Shown here: piece by piece, positions 52,899-64,000 of the stretch
Layout: each line of letters opens with the position of its first letter
Numbering within the stretch: position 1 is the first letter of the stretch
NCBI GenBank assembly: GCA_052327205.1
Contig: CM126202.1
Location: 262,322,001-262,386,000 of the forward strand
Direction: 5' to 3'
Origin: Somniosus microcephalus
Taxonomy: Eukaryota
Length of the DNA stretch: 64,000 nt
Notes under the pieces: generated by a model
The model's database searches: none
What the model was told of the DNA's origin: nothing
The model's input: the letters and a program-made list of their open reading frames with translations, nothing else
Program-made: the position numbers and the translations under genes

Positions 52899-55031
52899 TA
52901 TTTTGAATAACCCCATTGCTTTTATCGCTAGTAACTTGCTTGGTAGATTATTCCAATTATGTGTTACAAGTGCATAGTTTTTTATTAACAATTTTTTTTT
53001 TAAATTACAAGTTCAATTTATTTCCACTAGCATTCATGGCAATACTGTGACAATCTAGGTTTTCCTTATCTACACCATTTAATATACTTCAATCAGATGC
53101 CTCAACAACTTTCCTTTCTAATCTGGTCATAGCTCATTCATTTTAGGTTCAGTCTTATTGCTCCTCTCTGTACCCATTCAAATGCAAGTAGCATGTTGAG
53201 CAAAAGTGAATTCAGTATTCTAGGTGCACTGTAACTAGTATGAAATGAAGTTGAAATCCCTGTGAACTTTATTTTACTGTTCCAGCAATACATCCTGGTA
53301 TTGCATGACCCTGCCCCAGCCACCCACCCTCCCTCTCCGCAAATTACTTGAGCACACTATCTGCCTATTCAATTAAATGTCTACAACAACTGCTAAATAC
53401 CATAATGTGTTCATTCTATTAGTCTTCAACCTGCGTTTGAACTCCTCACATTGATCAGCAAATTTAATTTGCCACCTCCAGGTTTTCATTCATCTTGTCA
53501 GTCTTTAAACGAAGAGTGACGATAGTGGCCAGCTCCTTTTAAGGTAACTTGTGTGTTAGGGCTTCGCACCAGCTGCTTTCATACTTCAGCCAAAGCAGAG
53601 CGTCATAAATGTGAGACCACTTTCATTGCACTAATGTACATTTGCCCATTTCAAACCACTGTTGCAGATAGAAAAATGAAACATCTATTCTAATGTTGTA
53701 TAAAAGCATTGCAAGTGCCTTGCAAACTATTTCAAATGGATAACCAGGAAATATACCACATACCATATTGATTTTTTAAAAACTTGGGTAATTATCACTT
53801 GGGGTTCCAATTCTGGGTTACTAACAGCTAATCAACTCCTTGTACTTGGCCGGGAATCCCCGTCGCCTCTCTCCGCTCCATTTGCTCTCCTGTGCTACCT
53901 AACCCCCACATCCCTTCTCCCATCCCTATGCTCGCACTGCCCACACTGTGGTACAACAAGCACTTGAAATAAGAAATACTGGCGCAACAGGTCCATGAAG
54001 AGCAGAAAGGCCCCCCAAAAATTGTTAAATGGCTGATACCGAAGAAAAGATAATGCACAGGGTAGGGTGGGAAGCTTGGTAGTGTCAGAAGCAGCAATAA
54101 CCAAGGCAGAGTGGAGATTAACTGGGTATAGGAGGCAAGATCGACAGGACAGCAGTGCAGGGCCAAAAGCAGCAGGGGAAGGCCAGTAGAGGCCACTGTG
54201 ACCGGTGGTGTGACTGACAGGAGTGGGACAAGAGCCAGGGATGTTGTGGGGGGGGGCCCTAAGGCCAAGGTTAGGAGCAGCAGTGCGCGGTCAGAAGCAG
54301 CCAAGGGGGTGCTAGAGACAACATCAGCACAGCAGAGAGAGCAAGGCCAGAAGCTGCAGGGCAATGCCGGGAAAGGGCAGGAGACCACCTGTATGCAAGG
54401 GGGTCAAATGTCAAGGAAAGGTTTTGGGTGGTGAAATACGAAATTAAATGAATTAAAAATTAAACTTACCCCCCAAAAATGACAGGCAGACGTGGGCAAC
54501 TCACCACAGCGCCAGCTAATATTGGGAAAACTGAAAGGTAATCAAAGGTTAAGCATAAAGATAATTTAAGCGGGTGTTACAGCTTTGCCCATTAAAAGCT
54601 GGCGTGATTTCAGGCATTACACCAAAAGGCATGCTGAACTGTATACATCTAGAACTTATCAAAAATGTTATGTGCTTTTGCATCAATAAAACCTTACCTG
54701 TTAGGGATATTTTTGACAAGGGCTGGGACGCTGAGCTGAATTTGGATTTTGTATTAAGTAGCAGGAGAAGAAACTAAGAGACAAGAGTGTCTGTCCTCAC
54801 TACTATTTGAATTATTGTAAAGAAAAACCGTGATGAAATTCAGAAGCAAACTAAACCTGAGAGAAACAAGAAGGGAACTGATGAGTTGATGGGATGGCTG
54901 GGGTGGAAGAAGAGGAAATCAGGCAGAGTTTGAGGGGACCTTTGCCCTCCCGCCAACTGCTCTTAAAAATGTCTTGGAAAAAAATTGCATGAGCCAAGCA
55001 GCTGCAGGAAGATTGCAATGAATATATTTAC

Positions 55032-55059
55032 CTTTAATAACAGGTAGAGCAGCGACATA
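55032..55059 (-). CDS. PTBP3: candidate PTBP3 exon 2, 28 nt (t ATG TCG CTG CTC TAC CTG TTA TTA AAG)
   Basis: ttttgtgtctag acceptor, AAG|gtaaat donor; phase 2-0 as required; ends TTA AAG to give LK|RGSDEL. Confidence 0.5.
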
Positions 55060-55187
55060 CTAGACACAAAATGTGCACAGGATATAGCCTTGGTATATAG
55101 CATTGCTCACAGTACGTTGAACAATGTTGATGCACCATTTTTGCATTCATTGCTCAACCAGCATGACCAAATGTAGCTTCAATGGCC

Positions 55188-55280
55188 ATTTATTGCATCG
55201 CTGTTTGTGGGACCTTGCTGTGCTCAAATTGCCTGTCGCATTTGTCTACTAAATGCGATTACTTTTCAACAGCTATTTAC
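55188..55280 (+). mobile_element. DeuSINE core fragment
   Basis: gctgtttgtgggaccttgctgtgctcaaattg resembles the recalled Deu-domain consensus. Confidence 0.55.
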
Positions 55281-55625
55281 AGTATATGTAACTTCACAGG
55301 GACCAGAGCAATACAAATATTCAGTCCACCCACTGAACTTTTACAAAAAGACATTGTTGTATCAGTGTCATTCTGACAATGATTCATAAATGTTACCAGT
55401 GGAAGTTCAGCTTTCAAAATCAAAACAACTGCCACACGACAAATTGACAACCGACTATTACTTGCTTATGTGGCCTAAAATTATTGAGTTATAGTTCAAG
55501 CTTCCATCAAACTATATAAACGCACTGTGAACAAAATAGTAAATTAAGTACCATTCAATCCAGCCATTTAAAATGTCAATTTATCATTCTTAAAATTCAC
55601 AAGCCTCCCCACCCAACCCATGTTT

Positions 55626-55929
55626 AATCACAGAAATCCCACAGTGCAGATAGAGGCCATTTCGGCCCATCGAGCCTGCACCGACATATACCCCACCCGA
55701 TCCCCGTAACCCCATGTATTTAATCCCCCTAACACTAAGGGTCAATTTATCACAGCCAATCAACCTAACCCGCACATCTTTGGACTGTGGGAGGAAACCA
55801 GAGCACCCGGAGGAAACCCACGCAAACACGGGGAGAATGTCTGTGTGGAGTTTGCACAGTCACCCGAGGCCGGATTCGAACCCGGGTCCCTGGCGCTGTG
55901 AGGCAACAGTGCTAACCACTATGCCACCA
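55626..55929 (-). mobile_element. full-length HE1-type tRNA-derived V-SINE
   Basis: A box (tggcatagtgg), B box (ggttcgaatcc), V-domain gggtttcctccgggtgctctggtttcctccca, CR1-like tail. Confidence 0.9.
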
Positions 55930-58879
55930 ATCTTGAAAGATGCATCTTCCAGAAACAAACGTAAACAAATGACGTGAATACACCTCATTTTCTAATAGCC
56001 ATAAACATAGAAAATATCAATCTGACCGAGGCTTAAAGATGAAGCACAGACAGAAGAGAAAATAGCAACTACTGCCACTTTTGCATCAATGCAAGTGTGT
56101 TTTTGGGTGCTTGCAATGCAAAAATGAGTACAATTAAGAAAACTACCAAGCACGCATAGGCAGCGAGGTTTGAGACCCTCTCCAGGATGCAGTCTTGCAG
56201 CAGTTTGAATTGGCGCTGGAGTACAGTATAACTCCAGCCAACGAACTGAAACAACCTGGCAAAAAACCATTAGATCAAGCACCTACTGCACTAATGGCTT
56301 AGTACACAGTACCATCTCAGAGCACAAGATGTCAATACTCTGATGAGATGTTTTAGAATCTAGCGTCTTAACAGTTTTGCTATACTGCAAGACAGCTTGC
56401 CGTGCTACGAAGTGTTGGAGACTGAGATGGAATCAAAACTTATGACATACCAACCACTCAATATATAATGCGCTGTAAGGAACCAGGTTCATTAGGGATA
56501 TCTTCATTTTATTTCTCCAGAACTGGCAGTAATGTACTGGCAGTGATAGATAACATGCTCCCAGAATTGAATTTAACTTCACAAAAATTCACTTGTTTTT
56601 AAAAATAAAAACAAGAGTAGCATTAGGATTTATTTAATTTAATTACTCAGGATATTTTTTAGCATATATATTATCCACTCTTCTACAGGAGAAATCCTGC
56701 ATCGGTTTATCGACTCAGATGCACGAGTATTGTACAGCTTGTGTACGCGCTTATACACGAATTCAAAGTGAAAATTTTATATTTATTTAATTAAAAAAAA
56801 AAATTTTTTTTTTTTTTTAATAAAACTGTTGTACACAGCATCTAAGCAATTAAAAAACTCAAAACCCTTTAGATACTGAAAGCAAACAGAATATGTTGGT
56901 TGTTATTTTATGCAAATTTTCCATGAAAAATATACTGTGGCACCAGACACTGAAAACTGCAAGTCAACTAGAAGACAAGTTACTGTTACGTCCTCTCAGA
57001 AAATCTATTAAAATATAACTGAATTTTTAGTATTGTGATGGCTAATCAAAACAGGATGTTGCTTTGTTTACAGAATTATCAAATCCTTTTTAAAATAAAC
57101 TACAATTTACTAGTACACAAACCTTCAGCTCAGCTGATGTATAAAAAAAATTACAACAGGCCGTCAAAAGACAAGCTCCTGCAAAACATAAAAGGTAAAT
57201 GGGAAAGACCTTTAAGTCTATTTACTGCTGTAATCTTTCCAAAGCTCAATTTTAAGTTTAATCACTAACTGTCCCAAAATATCCCAGCGATGGCACCACC
57301 AAAACAAATGCCATATGACTATCAGATTTAGATGACCCATGTTGCAGCACAGACCAGAGAAGGCAAACACAAACGGAATACCTGCAACACTTGACTACAG
57401 CATTCAGTAGCATACCAGTCAGTCTTCCTCAAAGCAGAAAACAAATCCCATCTAATGAAGCAAATTAGCAAACAGATGAAAGCTATTTAAACTGAAGAGG
57501 CTGGGGGAAGCAAGCTGCAGACACTGATGCGAGCCAACAGGAAGTTACAAAAGTTTGGTATTTTGTGGAATAAATAAATTAACCTTACTTGGTGCGCTGT
57601 CGCTTGAATACGCAACCAAATACACTGGCTGAATGGATGCAAGCATCATGGAGAGATTGCCTCAACAGATTGATTGGTCGTCACCCTAGAAACAGAGTCT
57701 CTCCAGAAGACTGCAACAGCTGCAGGGTAAGCCACACGTGCTGGGCCCAGCTCCGAGCTCAGAAGGTTCATTGTCTCATGCATCAATTATTGAGAGGCAC
57801 TCGCTCACTAGCAGTAAGGAGACACTGCCCGGTCTCCTCACCCAAACACTCAAAAAAGTGCTTCAATTAGAACTTCTGCTGAAATCGAACAAGTTTCTTT
57901 CATATAATGTCCAAGTTCTGAACTGCAAACTAATAAATGGCACACAGGTGGAAATGTTTGGCGTGGCTGTTATTTTATGTATTGCTACCAAATTACTCAG
58001 TTTCCTGTTGCATTTAGCCCCCAGGTTACAAGTCTTTATACAGCTACATCTGGGATCATGCTACTCCTTTCCCCACCACACACAAAAATGCTCAAAACTC
58101 TTTATGACTACATTTCAACACCAAATACTATTGCAATATTCCAATCAAGTGTTACTCATTGAGAGGAAACATCACAAAGCACAAGAAAAACCACCATCCT
58201 GCCTAGCTTCTATGGGAGTGACGGAGTAGACTAGCTTGTCCTATGAGGATGCCCTTCAATACAGAATCACAAGATTGAGAGGTACCTAGAGAGAAAATAC
58301 ATACCGCTATATATTTACTGTTTAAAATGATACAAAAAGATACACAGGGATGACAATAGTCTGATATTTTCAGCTTAGTGTTTATCATAGCACAATGAGT
58401 GATAAAAGCAGGAATTTAGAAGCTACATCTTTGTGGCCCACTTGGGTGCACATCAAAGCCTCAAGAGCCATGGATAAAAATTCATATTCCTATTCGCGTA
58501 CATACATCAAGCTGCAGATATTAACATCTTCAGGTTTCAATGTAGAATTTGTTGGCCAATGAGGAACAACCATTTGCCAACCCACAGAAACATAAAATTC
58601 AAACCGATCCGATCAAACCAAAATTTAAGCATAAATAGAATTGTCAAGACCATGTGAGCCATAGCTTGAACATCTCGGGATTACTTGGAGGGAAAGTGAA
58701 CGCCTTTTCTTGCATTGCACAAGAACCCAATGGTGGGGTTCCAATAACCTTGATTGCACAGATTAAAATTTGTGCCTTCCAATATCTCCACAAGTAGGAT
58801 CCCAGGTTACTATTTAACATTGCAGTAATCTAATTGCAGAGATTCATTCAAGATTATTAAACCACAAGAACACAACTCA

Positions 58880-59960
58880 TGTCGCTTTGTACAGTGATGA
58901 CACTGCCATTTTACCACTGGAGCCTGGGTTCAAGCCCAACCAAGACAGGTGTGAGAAGAGTCTCTTCTGTCTGCTAGCTGAAGGAGTCCAGTGAAATGAG
59001 TTTGGGAGCAGTTTCAATTCAGTTCCTAGTGGCTGTATACTGACAGCACAAAACAGTCCCTAATTCAGCATTACAGGTAGACTATCCTTTATCCGCACTT
59101 CCGAAAACTGAAAACCTCAAGTTTTTTCATGGAGCATAAGTCGTGCGCACGACATGACCCGAGTGGCCCCAAACATGACAGGAGTGGTCCGGCAGCTCTG
59201 CCTTTCCCTGTGAGCAGGGCAGAGGGTCAGAGTTCCCTCCTGGGTAGCAGATTGCAAGCCGAGCAGTGTGGAGGGGGTCCCGGGAGAGTGAACCCAACAA
59301 TACAGCGGCCCGTCCGACAGTCTTTTCTTCTCCCTCCCACCCCCACCACCCCCCCCCACCCTGCAGCCTGATTTGCAGGCCAGCTTAGGTGTAGGAGTCA
59401 GCCGATATCCGGCTTTCCCACAACTGGCGGCGGCAGTCGAACCCCAGGCCCCCGCCAAGTCAAGGAATTCAGATACGGAGCAGGGGGAGCCGGAAACCTC
59501 AATCTAACGGCAGAAATCAGCAGCCGTTTTGTTAGGTTTTTTTTCTTCCCCTAGCATTTTTTTAAAAAAAAGTCAGGCTGTGTAAAGAGTCTCTGTAGCT
59601 TAGCAACAGCTTCAGAGACACTTCCAAGGCAGGGCCCGAGTGTTTACAAGCTGTTAGTGTTTGTTGCCAGATCGAGATGAAAACCTTCTGAAATCCGAAA
59701 AATTCCAAAAACCGAAACACAGCTGGTCAAGGTTTTCAGATAAAGGATAGTCTACCTGGACTTGGTAGTCTCACTCAGGAGGCCACAGGAAGCTGGTGTG
59801 GGAAACAGCAAATAAGATGTCAGTGGTGCAGCAAGGAGTGCTTTTCTGATGCTGGAGCCAAACACACTCTTGGGCCAGAGGAAAGAGAATACTACTCTGC
59901 CTCAGGCGGTGCTGCACTCGACTTGACAGTGCTTCAGATTTACTATTGATGACTGGGAAA
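58880..59960 (+). mobile_element. LF-SINE-like element interrupted by a MITE
   Basis: B-box gggttcaagcc; gtgaaatgagtt...cagttcctagtgg; resumes after the MITE with ttggtagtctca...gaggcca, matching the recalled LF-SINE core. Confidence 0.6.
59074..59758. mobile_element. Tc1/mariner (Tigger/pogo-like) MITE, 685 bp
   Basis: 20-bp perfect TIRs caggtagactatcctttatc; left flank TA, right flank GA; no transposase ORF. Confidence 0.85.
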
Positions 59961-61189
59961 CTAGTCTGTCATGAGGATACTCAATGGGCAAGCCAGAACC
60001 CACAATTTAGACCACTAAAAATTGTGCGAAACAGCTATAAGTGCAATGAGTCAAGTATGAAACCTGGGTGCGCAGTGAAGGGTTGACCTTTCACAAAAGA
60101 GGAAAAGGTTTCATGTGTGATTATTGGTCATTCATTTGAAGTCTCCAGTTCACCTGTAGGCATTATAAACAAGGCTGAACGTCGATTAAATGCAACTCGA
60201 GGGCTTTCTGATTTAAATTACTTTTTAGCCTGTGATGCATCAATAAATCTACATTTAGAAAACTGGACCTTACACCACATTGATGCACTGAAAGGAAGAT
60301 TAACCAGAAGGAGGGGGGGAAATGGGGAGGAAAGGAGTTATTAAAAGGTGGCGTGATGCATGTTTAAGAATAATGTAGACCTAAGCACCTTGTTTAAAAG
60401 CTGCAATCGCAAGCCTAGAGATTAGAATTCCTCCCAACCGTAGGGCAGCAGCAGATAGGTGGAATCAACAGCCCCATTTCAAAAGAAACTAAAGCCAGAT
60501 TAATTAACTCATTTAAAAAAGGGGCTGCTTAAATGTCTGTTTAAGAACATGAATGAAGATTAAGTAAACAGGATTGAAGGTTTCAAGTGCAGACAATGAT
60601 AATGAAATCCTTCATGAAACACAATGATGCAATGCGAGGAGGACCACACGTCACTGGAATGCTACTGGTCAGGTTAAATAATGAATTGCAACTTGAATCT
60701 AAAATTAGTCTAAAGTTTAGCAATACTGTATTACATTAGGTCTTCAAGCAGAAACTTAACAGAAATCCAACTTCTTGTGGCTATTCTGCCCTAAATAAAT
60801 TGGGTGGAGCCCATGATGGTGGAAAGAACATTGTCAGTGTAGGAGCTGGCTCAGTGGCTGTGTACAATTATTTTCTCTTACATGTCTAAGTCCCACATGC
60901 AAATATAATTAATTCTGTTTGTACCAACTCTTGGTAAAAATACTAATGTTAGTCTGAGCTAACAATGATCAAGCTGCTTACTTTCATGTCTCTCCAGAAG
61001 ATATTGCTCATGTATCTCATAAGCCCCATTAGCAGGGATTAAAGTTAGAAATTCTAAGCAGATAGCGCCACTCAACCACCTTTTCGCAATTAGTCAAGGA
61101 GCTACTTCAAAATGCCATCACTATTATGTTTTGGCACTTCAAGACAATAATTCTTCAAAAAATTTAACCAATGTCGGTATATAAATCTC

Positions 61190-61435
61190 AGCTGTCTTTT
61201 GTCTCCGCTGGCCCATTACCATCTCGTCTGGTTTCGAATACCTTTTATTGTCTCTTTTACTTCTTTTGTTCGATCGCAGCCCTGCCTTCGATCTATTTTA
61301 TTTTATTTCCAGTTTTGAACAAGGGTTTCGACCTGAAACGTCAACTCAAATTTCTCTCCACAGATGCTGCCTGACCTGCTGAGTTTTTCCAGCAATTTCT
61401 GTTATTTCGGATTTCCAGCATCTGCAGTATTTTGC
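61190..61435 (+). mobile_element. Penelope-derived terminal fragment
   Basis: cgacctgaaacg...tctctccacagatgctgcctgacc, shared with 51750-51850. Confidence 0.7.
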
Positions 61436-62174
61436 TATCGGTACATAAATCGATGGCTGTTCCTTCCATTTTCCTCATCTGAATAGATCATCCAAATTAA
61501 AAGACGGTTGAATAACAAAGTTAATCAGCAACCTGCATCTTTATTAGGACGTGTACAGGTGTAGTGGGGGTGGAATAATTAAATGCCAGGTTTATTTCAA
61601 GTGAAAGAAAATCATGAAAACTCATTGGAAATGAGTTGCTGGTTGCAAAGCACTGCAGAGGCTAGTGTGTGTGTTTTGGCAGTTATGTCATGAGTGGTCT
61701 TGTGTAAACACCAGCCTCAATTAATATAAACATTTGATTTCTAAATTTGTCAGGGCATTTCCCCTCCCCCAACCAATTTTTTTTCCCCCCCACTGCACGT
61801 GTTAATACCCTACGGAGTGACACGCACAGCAAAATCTTATGAAGCAGTCTGGTGAAAAAGTTAACATTGATTTAAACTGGTTAAAACTTCACCCCCAAAA
61901 ATTTCAGCAATGGTTTAATCCAGGTATAAACTAACAGGCTAAACAAAATGTGCCATCAGAGAGCAGGCATTCCAGAATATCTTGTTTATCCTGCACTCAC
62001 ATTAGAACCTAACTGAGTACTGTGATAATTATTAACTGCCAACCCACATGCCTCCCACTTCAAATGGCTAGAACAAAAACAGAACTGAACAGGACCAAGC
62101 TCACATACGGCAAGTTTCAGTTAAGGAGCTGCATGAAAAGGTCAGCATAAAAAAAGGAAATTGTACACAACAAT

Positions 62175-62510
62175 TTTAAAATGCTCATGCTCGTTTTGAA
62201 ATCCCTCCATGACCTCGCCTCTCCCCATCGCTAATGTCATCCAGCCCAACAACTCTACGAGATCGCTGCACTCCTCCAATTCTGGCCTTCTGTGCATCCG
62301 ATTTTCATGGCTCCACCATTGGTGGCCGTGCCTTCAGCTGCCTTGGACCCAAGCTCTGGAATTCCCTCCCGAAACCTCTCCTTTATGATGCTCCTCAACT
62401 TCCTGTTCTAATATCTCGTGGCTCACTGTCAAATTTTGACTGGTCACATTCCTGTGAAGCGCCTTGGGATGTTGTGTCAAATTAAAGGCACTACATAAAT
62501 TCAAGTTTTT
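62175..62510 (+). mobile_element. L2-like LINE 3' fragment
   Basis: GGRAFSCLGPKLWNSLP plus tail aaaggcactacataaat. Confidence 0.75.
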
Positions 62511-64000
62511 GTTGTTACACAAGATGATTGCAGATACATGCAATCTGCCAGCTCCCAATTTTTATTAGCTGCTTAGAACAAAACCAAAGAGAACTATCAA
62601 TGAAGTCTCTTTGAAGCTACTGCCACGGGTGGCAAGGCCACAAGGGGCTGACGGCAGTAAAGTTAGCCTTTTGCCGCAATTTGTGAGAGCTAGCCAGCAA
62701 CTATACTGGCAAGAACTTTGCGCACCAGGGAGCGGGTAGATCAAAGATTCGGCCACTTGTCCTGTTCAGTTCCCAATGAGATTGGGTGCCACCCTAGAAA
62801 GAAAAAAAGTGTGGTGGGCAGGTTGGTTGGGAAAATAGAAAAACACAGGACATCAGCGTTTAAACAGTAATTCAGCCAACCAAAACTTGTGATCTTCAAA
62901 CTCACTACAACTGCCTCACCTCCACCCCCTTATCATTCACCCCTCAGGTTAACACTGGTGGATGTTTGCAAACAAGCCTTCCACCCACCCTTTCAGGAGC
63001 AAATTCGAACCATGCAAACCCAAGGTAGAAAGACATGGGGATAAATTGCAAAAAAAAAGACAATGCTTTACTACGACTACTACATTCCAGTCTGTCATCT
63101 CAGCAGTGACGACGGGATCAAATGAATTCACTCCATTGTTGTCTGTTCTGAACTAGCCTGGCTGCTTCAGACATCTGCAGCCCTTCTGTGATAAGTCACT
63201 CTTTACATTCTCTATCCAGTGCTTGGTCTTCCACAACGTCATTTGGTGTTAATGACAACTATTTTGAGAGATCATTTTAAAGTCATTAGTTCTGGCTCTC
63301 AATTAAAGAGTTCCCCGAATTGTCCCAAAGAGCTTTTGAAATAATTCACTTTGCCTCAAGTATAGTAGCCACTTGAATGTAGAAACTGATTTGCGGTTGA
63401 AACCCTCTGAAATCAAACCGATATTCCATAAATTGTGCGCTAGCAGAGTACGGGCTCACCTATTCGCTGAGACAATGCCAAGTCAAAAAGCATTGTGTGT
63501 TCAAGTTTATTCAGTAGTGTTGTGCTATTATTGTTACATTCTGTTACCATCAATATGTTAAGTTAGCTGAGAAAATAAACCCTCTTGTTCTGCACAAAGA
63601 TATTGTTTATTTGAAGAGGGGTGCACGCATGTGACAGCAATCTCTGAAGGGGGGGGGGGGGCGGTTGAGTTCAGCAAAAGTAGTTTGGGAACATCTGGTC
63701 TAGAGGTAAAGCACTGGATGATGTAGCACAAAGCATGGATGATGTAGCACAGAGCAAAAAACTTAACCAGAGGTTTCAGGCCTGATTTTGAATTGTTTGG
63801 TCTCAGCATCAGGGTACTGCAGTCGTTATTGCTACCCAGCGATCCCCGTCATAAAGTGAACTTGCATGGATGTGGAGTACAAGCAGGATTGAGTGTCTCA
63901 TATCATCCATGGTCAACTTGGTCACTGGAAAGCAAAGAAAATCCACGAATATGGGAATTTATAACCCACAGTGCCCCTCCACCACAACTGCTACTACTTT

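Noticed and set aside
53828-54434. 186-aa and 78-aa ORFs
   Set aside because: Low-complexity, compositionally skewed sequence with no recognisable domain or exon structure.
55860-55929. tRNA gene
   Set aside because: The A and B boxes are the head of an HE1-type SINE.
1-64000. Prokaryotic systems (CRISPR arrays, operons, retrons)
   Set aside because: The sequence is a spliced vertebrate locus. There are no regularly spaced direct repeats and all RT motifs belong to non-LTR retrotransposons.

Overview
Eukaryotic, repeat-rich, AT-rich vertebrate genomic DNA. The repeat set (CR1 LINEs, HE1-type V-SINE, DeuSINE, Penelope) points to a cartilaginous fish. Almost the whole window is one minus-strand gene, PTBP3 (ROD1). 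I reconstructed 13 coding exons by hand (46454 to 4059; 1611 nt, 536 aa plus stop; every intron GT-AG and phase-consistent), a candidate 28-nt exon 2 at 55032-55059, and a ~2.9 kb 3'UTR ending near an AATAAA at 1150-1155. Exon 1 and the promoter are not visible and probably lie beyond 64000. Most ORFs in the supplied track are spurious or LINE-derived. The interesting signal is in RNA-level regulation: (1) a candidate second 34-nt exon (11054-11087) beside the classic 34-nt NMD-switch exon (9536-9569); (2) a 317-nt AG-exclusion zone with a distant branch point in front of that switch exon; (3) tandem splice sites able to build a PTBP2-type KETSLL linker from a PTBP3 gene; (4) four muscle/neural miRNA seed sites within 33 nt of the 3'UTR; (5) nested and inverted retroelements and an LF-SINE-like element split by a MITE. 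Family assignments rest on recalled consensus sequences, not database searches.
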